Numbered from the whole stretch's first letter, positions 27,520-40,900 are shown. The stretch: DNA of 63,043 nucleotides, filler included, from Reticulomyxa filosa (GCA_000512085.1; 24 parts of 24 records of this genome joined end to end with filler, not necessarily neighbours in it); one strand, 5' to 3'. Translations and numbers: made by a program. The notes: generated from the letters alone by a model not told the origin.

Positions 27520-27790
27520 AAAATGAATTGTATTATATTGTGTTTGCATCATCAATAATTCCTAATTCATTTGATCCATATCTTACACTTCTAACCCAAT
27601 CTCCATATTTTTTGAATACAAATGTTGAACAATCGATACTCCATACACAATTGATATGCTCATGAAATGTTTTGAGTAATTTAGACAATGATGAAATGCT
27701 TCAAACATGATATTAATGATCTGTTAACAACATACTTAGCAACAAGTTCATCAAATTCATTGATATCCAAATTTGATAACTCAAAATTTT
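27520..27790 (-). pseudogene. WD40-repeat family pseudogene fragment
   Basis: Minus strand reads INEFDELVAKYV, LLKTFHEHINCVWSIDCSTF and DWVRSVRYGSNELGIIDDANTI, with an apparent internal deletion and broken frames. Confidence 0.65.
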
Positions 27791-28799
27791 TTGAAAAGAA
27801 AATTTTGTAACTTTTGTATCTCTTCAAGCGTCTACCAACTGTTCACCAACAATTTCCTTTGTGGCAAAATTGTGAAACTAGAAAGTTGAAAGAAAATACT
27901 TTGATTATAATCAAATCGCCTTGCTATTGTCGTTTTCCAAATACTGGTTTTATTCATGTGTTTTTTTGCAAATGTGTTTTTTGACCCCTTTTTTCCCCTC
28001 TTTGAGCAAACTTTTCTACTTTAATGAACAAAATTGCGTTTTAGTAATATTTGTCTTATTAGAACAACAAAATACACATATAGCATACATGGCTTGTACA
28101 CTGAGAAAGGATGTGAACAATGTTGAAAGTTTACGTCATCTTTCTCACTAAAAAAGCAGACCTTAAATGAAAATTTTTTTTTGTACAAAATTAAACTTTT
28201 CATCACATTTCCAATTTTTTTCTTTTTTCAACGGTCAAATCAATGCATTTTTTTTTTTATACAAAGTGTTTTTTTAAGTTTTTTTTCTATTTGGTAGTAT
28301 TGCAAAAAAAAAAAAAAAAAATAGTAATAGTTTGTCTCAGTGCATTTTTTTTTGAAAAAAAAGATTTGTCGAAAGGGGTTGTTAATTGTGTATCGATATG
28401 CGTATTGCGAAGGAAAACATCAAAAACAACGTGTAAAACCATTAACAAATAACACAAAAATAAGATGAAAAATCAGAGCAAGTCAAAAACAAGCAAAACT
28501 GATGTATGCGTATATATGTATAAGTTATATAAGTATAAAAGTTTAGAAACAAAGCACAGTAATACGGACATTATCAGAACCAAAAGGATATTGTATACGA
28601 TATACGTATACTCATAAAGCATAATCAAAGACACAGTAACAAGAATAAGCCAAAAAAAAAAAAAAANNNNNNNNNNNNNNNNNNNNNNNNNNNNNNNNNN
28701 NNNNNNNNNNTTAATTAATTAANNNNNNNNNNNNNNNNNNNNNNNNNNNNNNNNNNNNNNNNNNNNTTTTTGTTTTGTTTTCTCTTTACTTGGTTTGAG

Positions 28800-29040
28800 C
28801 TTTTCACTTGAATCAATTGATTGATACACTGCAACAATTGGCAAATGATCACTGACCAATTTTCATTAGGTATAACAATTCGTGCATATTATATTGCATA
28901 AACTCTGTTGAAATTGGCAATTATTATATGTATAGTACAAGAAATCGACAATACTGACGCCCCATCAGTTGCAAAAGCAATATTAGGATATAACAATTGC
29001 AAATCTAAAGGTAATTGTTCATAGCTGCACGAAATAGGTA
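28800..29040 (-). pseudogene. EEP (CCR4/nocturnin/angel-like) nuclease C-terminal remnant
   Basis: Minus strand VSIVDFLYYT followed, with frameshifts, by IPNENW-SDHLPIVAVY; the xDY/F and SDH motifs are in EEP order. Confidence 0.5.
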
Positions 29041-29299
29041 TTCATGGAAATAATCACTTTTTTTGTTCTTTGGCACTCAATGTTACATTAGGCCATCATC
29101 CTTACTCCAAAAGCATTTGATCAATCACTCTGCCTTTTCCACTATTCGTATCACCACAAATATATAATGAGAGCAGCTCGTGTTTACATCTTCCTCTTGA
29201 ACAAATGTAGGAGAAAACACTTCTTGCTATTTTCAATAGCTTTTTCTTTGAAATCAGAGCCAATTGTACGTGTACAAAAGCTTTTTTCGCATTATCTCG

Positions 29300-29650
29300 C
29301 ACATCACTTAGTTGCGCTTTTAGAATTTTCTTGAATGTGTGCATATCTTGCTTTTTAGTCACATTGTTTTTCAATTGTCATAATTTGATGTCTGCATGTA
29401 ATGTGATTATAACATTATACACCAATTTATGTGGCTGTCTTTGTCATTCGGTTTTGTATGACGACACGATCGCTAGTAGAAAAATATGACATGAGTCACC
29501 ATTATTAAAGTCAAAATTCTTATAAACTACTAATGTTAACAATATTTCTTTTAAATATCTTTAAAACATTTCTAACATGCCATTCGTTTGTGGATGGTAA
29601 GCTAGCTTGAATAATTGTTTAGTCACAAAATTTCTGCTGTCAAACTTGCA
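29300..29650 (-). mobile_element. Ty3/gypsy-like integrase remnant
   Basis: KQLFKLAYHPQTNGMLEMF*RYLKEIL matches the integrase-core YHPQTNGxxERxN motif; interrupted by stops. Confidence 0.65.
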
Positions 29651-29670
29651 ATGTTTCTTCGAAATTGTAC

Positions 29671-29778
29671 TACAATATGTTGCAAAAAAAACTGAACACC
29701 TAAAACGCCACCTTATGAAGATGATATATTTTCTTAATGAAAAACAAACATTTAAAGCTAATTTTTTTTTTAAAAAAT
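29671..29778 (+). mobile_element. Diverged half copy of the 25461-25652 MITE
   Basis: TACAATATGTTGCAAAAAAAACTGAACACCTAAAAC...ATGAAAAACAAACATTTAAAGCTAATTTTTTTTTTAAAAAA aligns with the MITE left arm up to its centre. Confidence 0.75.
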
Positions 29779-30329
29779 ATCTACAAGCCTTGTAGTTTTT
29801 AAATATGATATTGATTTTTGAATAACTTTTTTTTAGGTTGGAGAAAAATATCATTTGTTCAAATGATTTTTGAAAAGTAGTTTGCACTTGCATTTGCACC
29901 ATGACATTTTATAATATTNNNNNNNNNNNNNNNNNNNNNNNNNNNNNNNNNNNNNNNNNNNNTTAATTAATTAANNNNNNNNNNNNNNNNNNNNNNNNNN
30001 NNNNNNNNNNNNNNNNNNCGTTTTCCATATCTACAAATGTTTGCTTGAAGTTCATAAGATTTCGCACTTTGGTGAAACTATCAAAAAAAATTATTATACT
30101 GAGTACGATTGTCCTTCACAAATACAGTGGATTGAATATTTCATACCATATCATGAAGGTTATTGATTGATTTTTCATTTTTTATGTTCTTTTGTGAAAA
30201 TGATAGAAATAACAAATGCAATTATACGAAGGGCAATGTTGGAGGGACCTATGGAATGTAGCTATTATTAGATGGCCTAGAGAATAACAAAATCAGAAAT
30301 CTTTATCCAATTTTACATTCTATAAATCG

Positions 30330-30780
30330 CTGTCTCATCATCAAATGAATTATTTGATCAACGGTAGAATATCGCACATGAATAAATGTAATTGTATCAT
30401 TGTAAAAAAAAAAATACAATAGCACTACTTGTCATCTTAAAATATTTTATGCAAATGTTTGATGAAATATTTCATATCAATTAAATTTTTGCCTGCTTTT
30501 TTAATGAATAAGTTAAAAAATGGGAATAAACAAATTCATTCAAAACAAACTTTACATATGCTATTATTCACATATGTTTATCTCCAAACACAAATTGGAT
30601 CAAACATAAATTAATATAACTATCACCATTTGATTTTTGTTCATTGTCATTTATTTTCTTTTTCAATTCTATAAACAACTTCATACTATTCTTTATTACA
30701 AATAAATATTTAACAACCATTCAGTATTTGTGTTTTATCAAATGATCCAGAACAAATGAATTGATCACCATTAAATTTTT
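30330..30780 (-). pseudogene. WD40-repeat family pseudogene fragment
   Basis: Minus strand KFNGDQFICSGSFDKT, followed by degenerate segments with stops and frameshifts. Confidence 0.5.
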
Positions 30781-31859
30781 TAAATAAATTTGCATAATTT
30801 TATTTTTAAATAATAACTTTAAATATGTTCAATTTTTCAAAAAAAACCTATGTTTGCTGGCAAAAGAAGACAAAAAAATCCCTCGTTTTTTTATTTTTCG
30901 CGCAAAGGTCTTTTAAAAAAAATTTTCAATTTGCAATAGACTCTGAAAAAGGGATGAAATTTAATTATCATGCATACTCACATATTTCTTGTTTGTTATT
31001 GATTTTTGAAATTGTGCAAAATATCTAATTGATCTATTTTTGGCATCTTTTAGAACGCTTAACTATTTGGAAAATCAGCATTGTTCTGAACAAAACAATC
31101 AATAGATTATCACTTAATGCAATCAAGTTGTATTGTATTACATGTGATTTAATCATTCCTTTTTTTTTTTTCCAAACCTTTCAAATCTTTTAAATCAAAA
31201 ACAGAAGGACAAACAAATTTCACTGTAATTTAGAAAATTACTCTAATTTTATCCTTTTCTAACAAAACCTAATCCAGAAAAAAAAACTAGATTAAAATTA
31301 AAACAAAAGATTATATATTTTAATCGTGTTAATGTNNNNNNNNNNNNNNNNNNNNNNNNNNNNNNNNNNNNNNNNNNNNTTAATTAATTAANNNNNNNNN
31401 NNNNNNNNNNNNNNNNNNNNNNNNNNNNNNNNNNNAGCTTCTGCGTTTGATTACTCGTTTTCAATGTTGATGAATTTCTTCAAAAGTTATTTTTTATTGG
31501 CTAATTTTATGTTTATATTCGTTGTTACAGTTATATATTTATCATCATTTATACTTAATTCCTTAATATATTGGACACGTTTTTGTAAGCATTAATATTG
31601 CTTTTTTTAATGTAACACCTTTATGAATACCTAATGCATTTAGTTTTCTTATTTCTTTAAATAAAGTAACGTATATCATTACATGCACTAAAAATAAAGG
31701 ATTTTATACCCAATGATATGAATGCGACCAAAACACACGCAGTAAAGCAGTCACTGGCTCTCTGGCATTGTTGTCAATATCTTGACCACATAAAGGGCAC
31801 TGTTTCATCAACACCCACAATTGCACATACTCTCCATCAAAATTCTATAAAAATAAAAC

Positions 31860-32457
31860 TTATATATTCAATATATTATATGGAATGTGTAACATAACGA
31901 CGACAAATATCCAATTCGTAAGTGATGCAAGAGCTGATATAAGAAATGGATCAAATGACTGGAGTTTCCGGGCGGCTAGAGTGGAATTGGCATTGTCTTG
32001 GGCCTTTGTGTCGATGGCCAACGCCGGCATGAACATTCTTAAGTCAAGCGCGGGGTCTGGCAAGCTTTGCAAAGTCTTCAAAATTACATGTTTCGCCAAC
32101 TTCACTATCATCCGCACCACCTCTCTACCCACCATGTCGTCATTGCTATTTCTCTTTGCATTTGCACTTATATTCGCACTTGTGCTCGTACTTTTATTCG
32201 TAAGCAAATTCAGTATTGTCATTTCACTCACAGCTTCACCAGTCTCGATTTTGACAGTGATTATTGTCTTCTTCGTTTCTTGACTGCTATTTAATTGATA
32301 TGTTTTTTTTTTGTTAGTATTATATGGAGTATCAAAGAGATACCTGTACAGTGATGGCTTGAACATTGATAATGGTCATCACGAATATCCGTTCTCACGA
32401 TCAAAGAATAGTGGTCTTGCAAGTGCTATCGCTTTGCGTTTATATATTTCAATGCTT
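31860..32457 (-). CDS. Hypothetical protein fragment
   Basis: GC-richer coding-like segment (ORF 31860-32366) between AT-rich intron-like tracts; no family recognised. Confidence 0.4.
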
Positions 32458-32557
32458 NNNNNNNNNNNNNNNNNNNNNNNNNNNNNNNNNNNNNNNNNNN
32501 NTTAATTAATTAANNNNNNNNNNNNNNNNNNNNNNNNNNNNNNNNNNNNNNNNNNNN

Positions 32558-32594
<37 letters not shown>

Positions 32595-32598
<4 letters not shown>

Positions 32599-33945
32599 AA
32601 GAAATTTGCCATGTTTACGGAACCAATGCTGCGCATAAGGGTTGTCTTCAAAGTGACCAATGACTTTGTCCGTGTTGACAAGGACTTGGAACATGTTAGC
32701 GGTCCACGGGACGATTAAGCAAACGGCTTGGCAGAGCGCCAATATCATGTAACGCAAATCAGTGGTGTCCTCTATGAATTTGTTCAAAACGACGCGGAAG
32801 AAGAGCAGATCGGAGAAAAGGTCCCAGCCTTGCAGCGTAAAGGAAAACACAGCAGTGTAATCGGCGGAATCCGAGGGTCTTGGATACTGCCACTTGAAGT
32901 GCATGTGAATCCAGGCGAATATTCCAATGATACAAGCGAGCAGCAGCAGCAAGATATTGACAGTAAGAAAACTATTACGTTGCATGGCGGTCCATAAAGT
33001 GGGTTTGATTTGTTTGACCGGGGGTTGATACACGACAAAGCTTTCGACTTGCGGAATGGTTGTCCGTAGCACGGTGACGGCATAATTGCCTTCGCCAAAG
33101 AAGGTCAATATCTTCAAGGCGACCTGATATATAAACGCAGTATTGTAATTCAAGCCCGAGATAAGCTTCGCGTCGTCTGCGTTCTTTGAGTTCACCCACA
33201 CTTCGTACGTCATCACGTTCGGGCCGGAACTCGTCGCATTGTCCCCCGTCGATAGCCTTCTGGCCTGATTCGGAACTGTGCCGGAAGGGTAATAGGTCAG
33301 ACCTGGAGTTTTGAGTAGTCTGTCAAGGAGACGCACAAAGATAATGTCAAAGTTACGATAATCGATCTTGACGGAAAATCCTTTCCTCAATTCCGACAGA
33401 TACAATTGCTCTATTTGTTGGTACAGTTCGTTCAACATCACGCTATCTGCGTTTTGCATCTTTTGAATCGTCGACGCATTCAGCGAGGATCCGAACAGCA
33501 ACGTCACTGTCTGATACGCGTCAAAGGGATTGACATGCGTAGGAAAGCGCGTCGGCGCGCTGGTCGGCCCTTTGGAAGGAGTGCGAGTCGGAGCACGACT
33601 TGGATGACGTGTGGGATGTCGCGTGGGATTATGAGTGGGAGCTCTCGTTGGGAAATGGGTCGGCGCCCGAGAAGGGGCCTTTGTCGGCGGTTCGCTCGGA
33701 CTTCCCGTTGGACTTCGGAACGGGGCATTGGTCGGATATCTTGTCGGACTTTGGCTTGGGTGTCGAGTCGGATATGCTGTTGGATGTCGAGTTGGATGTC
33801 GTGTTGGACTTCGGCTTGGGTGTCGAGTCGGATATGCCGTTGGATGTCGAGTTGGATGTCGTGTTGGGGTTGCTGTTGGATTCCTCGTGGGGTTTTCCGT
33901 CGGATGTCGGGTGGGATGTCTGGTGTTGGAACCGAAAGGGTTTGA
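32595..33945 (-). CDS. PT-repeat (mucin-like stalk) multi-pass membrane protein, truncated at both ends
   Basis: PTRHPTENPTRNPTATPTRHPTAYP... is in frame with ORF 32506-33507, which has TM segments (FLTVNILLLLLACIIGIFAWI; AVFSFTLQGWDLFSDLLFF; YMILALCQAVCLIVPW). Confidence 0.8.
33738..33867. repeat. 60-bp tandem repeat (~2 copies) encoding PT-repeat units
   Basis: GGACTT(T/C)GGCTTGGGTGTCGAGTCGGATATGC(T/C)GTTGGATGTCGAGTTGGATGTCGTGTT repeated with a 60-nt period. Confidence 0.85.
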
Positions 33946-34149
33946 ATTCCGGGTTTTTAAAAACCCGGNNNNNNNNNNNNNNNNNNNNNNNNNNNNNNNN
34001 NNNNNNNNNNNNTTAATTAATTAANNNNNNNNNNNNNNNNNNNNNNNNNNNNNNNNNNNNNNNNNNNNGCGCTTTCGTTGTGTCGCGCCGTTGTCTATCT
34101 GAGAGGTCGTCTATCTGAGACGTCGAACCGACCATCTGCGGGATATGCA

Positions 34150-35351
34150 ATGACCGAGGCAACCGGGCCGCTCGCCGGCATCCGAATTCTCGACCTGACG
34201 ACCGTCCTCTTCGGTCCCTTCGGCGCCCAGACGTTGGGCGACTGGGGCGCCGACCTCATCAAGGTCGAAGGGCTCACCGGCGATCAGTGGCGCTACACCG
34301 GCCAGTTCCGGAACCGGGGCATGAGCGGCCAGTTCATGGCCGCCAACCGCAACAAGCGCAGCGTGGCGGTCGACCTCAAGACCGCCGGCGGCGCGGAAGT
34401 GCTTCGACGTCTGATCGCGCAGGCCGACGCGCTCGTGACGAACATTCGTCCGGCCGCGCTGGAAAGGCTCGGCTTCGGCTACGAGGCCTGCAAGGCTCTC
34501 AATCCCAAAATCATCTATGCGGCGGCGACCGGCTTCGGCCAGGACGGGCCCTGGGCCAAGCGGCCGGCCTTCGACGAGATCGTCCAGGCCGTCCGGCCTC
34601 GCCTCCTCCAGTCGGGACCGACGAGGAGCCGGCCTTCGTGCCGAGTCTCGTCGGCGACAAGCTCTGCGGTCTCGCGCTCGCCGGCGCCGTGGCCGCGGCG
34701 CTCGTCTATCGCGAGCGCACCGGCAAGGGCCAGCTGGTCGAAGTGCCGATGCTGGAGACGGTCGCGGCCTTCAACAGCATCGAGATGCTGGGTGGGCACG
34801 CCTTCGTGCCGCCGATCGGGCCCGTGGGGTACAAGCGCGTCAAGGAACGCAAGCCGGTCAAGACCAGGGACGGCTGGCTCACCATGCTGCCCTATTCCGG
34901 CGAGAACTGGTGCACCTTCTTCGAGACGGTCGGCCATCCCGAGTGCATCGAGGAGTTCGCGGTTCGCGATCCGATCAAGCGGGCGGCCAATATCGATGCG
35001 ATCTACGCGCGCATGAAGGAGATCGCCCTGGAGCGGACCACGGCGGAGTGGGAAGAACTGCTGCTCAGGATCGACGTTCCGCATGCTTCGTTCGCGAAGA
35101 TGACCGAGATCGGCGAGCAGCCGCATCTGAAGGGCGTTGGCCTGTTCCAGAAGCTCGAGCATCCGACGGAGGGGACGATCCAGCAGGCGCGCCCGCCGGC
35201 GCGCTTCTCTGAAGTCCGGCCGCCATCCGGCGCCTGCCGCCGCGGCTCGGGGAGCATACGCGCGAGGTCCTCGCGGAAGTCGGTTACGGCGATTCCCGAC
35301 ATCGACGCCCTCGTTGACGCCAAGGCCATCGGCGAGTCCGCTCGGGTGTAG
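34150..35351 (+). CDS. Bacterial CaiB/BaiF family III CoA-transferase with apparent sequencing frameshifts
   Basis: GPLAGIRILDLTTVLFGPFGAQTLGDWGADLIKVE...ANRNKRSVAVDLK...NIRPAALERLGFGYE...GFGQDGPWAKRPAFDEIVQA, continuing in another frame (GDKLCG...RERTGKGQLVEVPM). No introns; GC-rich with strongly G/C third positions. Confidence 0.92.
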
Positions 35352-35454
35352 GGTNNNNNNNNNNNNNNNNNNNNNNNNNNNNNNNNNNNNNNNNNNNNTT
35401 AATTAATTAANNNNNNNNNNNNNNNNNNNNNNNNNNNNNNNNNNNNNNNNNNNN

Positions 35455-35493
<39 letters not shown>

Positions 35494-35519
35494 TAAATTT
35501 TTTTTTTTTTTTTTGGTGA

Positions 35520-37300
35520 TTAAAACGTAAAGCAATTGTGGCGTGCAAGACAACGTGCATTAGAAAGGTCGAATGAACCTGTTGATTGGAATGAAGAATT
35601 TGACAAGTGGTGCACGGCAGATGACGTGGATTACATATATAACTTATTAGATGTTGAGTCGCTCTTACACTTTGCTCATTTGTTACTGTTGTTATTATTG
35701 TTGTTATGTGCGTTGTTGTGACAGAAAAGAGAAACAAATAGGTCAGAAAGCAAGAAAACAGCAGTGCAAAGACAAGTGGAATCCTTTTTTGAGATGAAAA
35801 TATGCTATAACAAGGGACTCGATATTTTGAGACAGGTTTGCAAGTATTTCGGCTTTGAATTTGATTTAACAAGTTACATTATCTTTGCTTATTTTGTTTA
35901 TTTATTTTACATATTCATTTGTTTGAACATTATTCGAAATGTGCGTGTGTCAAACCGTTATAACGCTGTCAAAGCATTGGTTGGTCACATTCAAAATCGA
36001 GAGCAGTTTGTGAAAGATTTCCAAGAGCAACTCAAGTTCAGCACTTTTTTTTTTGGAATGTGTCGAGATTGACACAAATGCAAATAAATGATTAGAGGAC
36101 ATCCTGAAAAGAAGCTAACTTCTTTTTTTGAAAAATTTAAAAACTTGACCAATGAAATGGACGAAACATTTGGACTTGCAATTACGTCGCAATTTGAAGC
36201 TATTTGCCAAGTTGATTTTGTAAATTCCTCCTCCTCATTTCCACACTTGTGGGGCATTTTCTTTAAGGTGATTGATTGTATACTCATCGTGATAGAAACA
36301 AAAGGACCAACTAACCGCACAACAAGTTGGAATTCAGAACAAAGTCTTTCATGGAAACTCAAGAGTTCGTCGAAAGTTACTCCCTCTTTTTTTTTACTCT
36401 CTATTGTTTGAGTGTTCCACTCAAACGAAATATGGCAACACACAACATTGAAATAATGTTACACAAGGGCTTTTCGAAATGAAATTGAACAAACCAGTGG
36501 AAAGCCAATTATTCAAGCGTGTCGGAGTGCCATTCAGTCCCTCATAAACGATTTCCTTTGGTTAATTCTGTCTTCGCAACCCGACCAATATTTATTTGCT
36601 ACTACGTTTTAATATACAATTTACAAAAAAAAAAAAAGGAAACATTTAAAGTCGATGAATGAATTACCACTACGACAGATATTTGTATTCGACAAAAGCG
36701 AACAATTTAGTAAGGTACTTTGCAGATTATTTTTGTCGCCAACACACATATCACTTTTATTGTCAAATTTAATAATATGAATACTCAATGCAAAGGCACT
36801 ATTTCCTCATCACCAAAGAATTTTAGAAGAAAGGTATTTCCACCCAGAATCAGTCTTGAAACAATTCAAAGGCTTGCCCAATGAAATTGAACAGGAATAC
36901 TTGGCCGTGATGTTAAGTAAATGAGATTTTTATGTTGAGAATGAACCTTATTTCGGTTTTATTTGACGGATTTTGTTTGTGGGAATGATAAATAAAATTC
37001 AAGCTATAAACTATGGGATGAAGGGGGAACTCATATCAATCAACACGATATGTATCAATCTTTTGAAAGCATTGTTTGGAATGAAACCATTAGAGGCCCT
37101 ATTACCAAAGAAGAAAGCTCTTTGTTACAGTTTGGTAGACACACTTGTCTTGCTTTACAACAAATCAACTACGTATTTGCAACATAACGAATAATGTATA
37201 TAGGTTTCATTTTTGGAAATGTTTGGACGATTTGCGGCACTTGGGGCTAATCAAGCCCACAAAACGAAGAGAAGATCATGTTCTAAAAATTGGATGGTGA
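35520..37300 (+). CDS. ORC3: Origin recognition complex subunit 3, C-terminal part, multi-exon (5'-truncated)
   Basis: LPLRQIFVFD...ILEERYFHPESVL...YKLWDEGGTHINQHDMYQSFESI...FAALGLIKPTKRREDHVLKIGW* parallels the ORC3 winged-helix end (LGFIKPTKQKTDHVARLTW); TGA at 37298-37300. Confidence 0.8.
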
Positions 37301-37937
37301 AGATATTGATTCTAATAGATTGATTTGAGTGAGGAGGGTAATGTTGATTTTGTTATTTAACTTCACTTTTTTTTAACATTAGATAATGTTTACATCATTA
37401 AATGAATATCAGTGAGAAAATTTAAAAAGCAGAGATCACAATAATTTCAGAACATTTCAAAGCAAATGAATTTACTGAAAAAGTCAGCAATGACAAAATT
37501 TCTTTTACTGGGTTAAAAAATGTACACTAACAATACAGTTGTACACTTTTTTTGTTTGGTTTGTTTTTTTTGCTTGCATTTATTCCAGCACACAAACCAC
37601 AACACAACAAAAAACAAGCAAACAAAATTATGAGTTTTTTGATAAAAAGTTTTACAAAAATTTACGCAAAAAACGTAGGAAGGTATAAATAAAAATTGGA
37701 GGATACCACAAGGAACGAAAATGAAGCAAGGCAAATACTTATTTCTTCATTCCTTTTTCCTCCTAAGTTTTCTTTATTGTTGGACATCATAAGTTGTGGT
37801 CGAAAAATAAAAAAAGAATAAAACAAGGCAAAAAACAATGAAAAAAATATAAATGTGCAAGAATAAATGAAAAACAAATAACGGCTAATAAAGGGAGAGG
37901 CCATATTCTATCTTTTCCACTGGATCGTGATTTAAGA

Positions 37938-40900
37938 TTAATTAGTTGACATCATCGCCTCAAATCCAGAAAGGAACAAATTATTTGTGGTTGGATTTAA
38001 ATATTTAATGGTGTCTTCTTTTTTGTTTTGTTTGTAAGGAGAGGGTAATGTTTTAGGAACTGAGCTAAATAGATCCGCTTGGTTCTGTGTACTTTTCAGA
38101 TATTGTTCAACATAAGGTTTGAAAGACAACGGTAATTCATTTTGCTTGTTTTCGATAAGGTATTTTTTCACAATGGATTGGATGAGAGGTTCAACATATT
38201 TAAAAAATTCCGTGGATGGTATGTATTGTTCATGTGCAGAGGTTTGTGGATCAATTAGCGCTTGTGCTATCTCTGCTGCCTAAAAGATGGAAGCAGTCAC
38301 AAAGAGAGAGAAATTAATAAGAAAGAAATAATGTTCCAGAGAGATTTTTTGATCTGTCTTTTTTTTCCATAAAAAAACATGCAAAACTTTCGAGAGTTGT
38401 CCACAATAATAAAAAATAAGGCTATATCGGTATCGCGCAATAGTCGCACATAATTTCTTTTTGACATCTTTGTCTTTGAATAATTTCATATGATCCACAT
38501 ACAAATCCATCAATTTCAGTGGCTTTATTATATTTTTTAAAATAAATTTGTTACTTTTTCTTTTTCAATTTGTTATGGTTACCAAAAAAAAAGTGCACAA
38601 CAAACAAAAAAGAACTTTGACAATGTCCCATTTTTCTTCTGATGTCAATTTGTTATCTGGATCTTCAATCCATTTTACTAACTCTTCACTGTAAACTTCT
38701 AAATAATCAAACAACAGCTGCCTTCGCTGACGGCCTGCACGTCCACCTTTTTCTTTGTACACTTGATCCAAGTGACTTTTTGCCATTGCCCAGCTGGTAT
38801 TTATAGTTTCATTACAATCGAAACAAAACCCGATTTATTTATATGTTTCTATTGTCAAAAAACAAAATACAGCAAAAAAAAAAAATTGACCAAACTTTTG
38901 CAGTTTAGCATAATGAATGCCAAAATAAGTACAATATTTCCACATAAGATCGGGATCTTTTCCATAAACGGCACCCACAACTTCAGTACAGATGGCTTCT
39001 CCCTAATTTATTATGTACATAAAAAAATTTTGTTTTTGGGTCGTCGTTTTCAAAACCCTTTTGGTAAGGAGGGTAAAAAGGCCTCAAACAAAGATAAACT
39101 CGAGATGTGCGCTTTGTTCAACTTTTTTTTTAAATTCCTCTTGGTCCGATTGCAGTAGAACACAGCCATAAAAAGACTTGGCATTTAACAATTTAATTTG
39201 TCTATCTTTTTCGTTCATCCCTTTTGAAAAAGTCATTCCTTCAATCACGGTAATTAGCCGATCACACCATTTCGTCCAATCAGCCGCATTGTTAGTTGAT
39301 GTCAAATACGCCAAGTGTTCAATACAACCTAGCACATGGATTTAATCATTAAAACAAGGAAAAATCCAAGTTTGAAGTCACATACCTTACAATAGAAAAA
39401 AAAACACATTGCAAAAAAAAATTTACTGGCAGTATTTTCGGCAGGTTTATTTTTTTCGTAAATGTCACTCAAAGCAAGTGCCGATAGAAACATATCTTGT
39501 GCTTCTTTGTATTGATTATTAGTTCGAAATATGACCCCGGCCAAGATGTACGAGTCGACACATTTATCCCACATAATTCCGGCATCAAATTGATGTAAAA
39601 GTGGATGGGCTTTTGCAAGTTCCGCTTCTTCTCCGTTGTACATGTACAGGACTTGATGAACCATGCGCAAATATCGCAATGCACTACAGCAAAATTCATG
39701 TGATTTTTGCAAATTCATTGCGCGGTAATATTTCACAGCTTGTTTTTATTATTTCGTGTGTACGTTATAATGCCACCCTCCAGCAAACTACAAACTGAAC
39801 AGCAATGACTACATAGGAATTACTGGATTAAAAAAATCCAAAGGGGAATGAATAAAAAAATAAATAAAAAACAAAATGAAAACGACAAACAACAAACAAA
39901 AAAATAAGAAACCTCCCCAAGCAAACCAATGAAATAGGCAGCATAAAATAAATGAATGCAGTCTGGACAAGTGATATTATCTACTCCAAACTTTTCCAAA
40001 GCTCGAATGTATTGCTCTGTTTCAAACGTGATACCAACAAATTGGTCTACATGCTGTGAATTGTCTCTGTTGTCTGTTTCCATTCCTATCAAACTATCAA
40101 ATGCCTCAGTGTTTCGCGGTTTTAAATAAGCGATCACTTTGTCATTGTTTGCGTAAAGCGTTTGCAATGCGCTCATCTAGTTGTTATTGTGAGTGATGTC
40201 ATTTTTTAAAACAAAAAATGGCATTAAAAAAAAAAATTTAAACTGAGGTCACAAACGGTCTTTCTTTCTCCATTTGCGCAATTTTTTGTTTGATTTTGTT
40301 TTGTGTGTTATCCGTAAAATGTGAGGAATTATCATCATTTCGTTCAATCATTGTCTCATTGTTGTGATTGCTTTGCAACAGGTTGGACGGAACAGTTGAC
40401 GTTTGATCGCCTACTGTCTGATTTTCATTGCATAACAAATTGGACAAACATGCCTCAGCATTGGATCTGGATTTAGAAAATGAGTTTCCTGATTCGAATA
40501 TTTTTTTATCTTTTCCTTTTCCTTGCTCTTGTTCAGCTTCGTCATCATCACCGTTCTTACTGTCATCATTTCCACTTGCACTTGTACTGTGAATTTGTAA
40601 TGCGCGCAATGGCAATGGTTTGGCACATTTGTCATCAATTGGCCATATGCTTTCATTATTTACATTTGATCCCGTGGTCAAAAGTTTCTTATCCATGTTC
40701 TCATTATTTTGAAGATCGCCATTATTGTAAGTACCTTCATTTGACTGTATTGTCATGGCAGCCGAAACAGGGACAGGAATAGGAACAGAACCAGGCGCGC
40801 CCGAGGGCAGTGGCAGAGGAAAGGACAAAGGGAAAGGAAGAGATGCCAAGGGCATTGGCATCATGGGTAAATTCCATTCATCGCCAATGCCATTGCTGAC

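Noticed and set aside
33738-33867. Repeat resembling a CRISPR array
   Set aside because: No unique spacers; it is a coding tandem repeat for PT units.
33949-33968. Perfect 20-bp palindrome CCGGGTTTTTAAAAACCCGG
   Set aside because: It lies at the extreme contig end in homopolymer-inflated, low-quality sequence.
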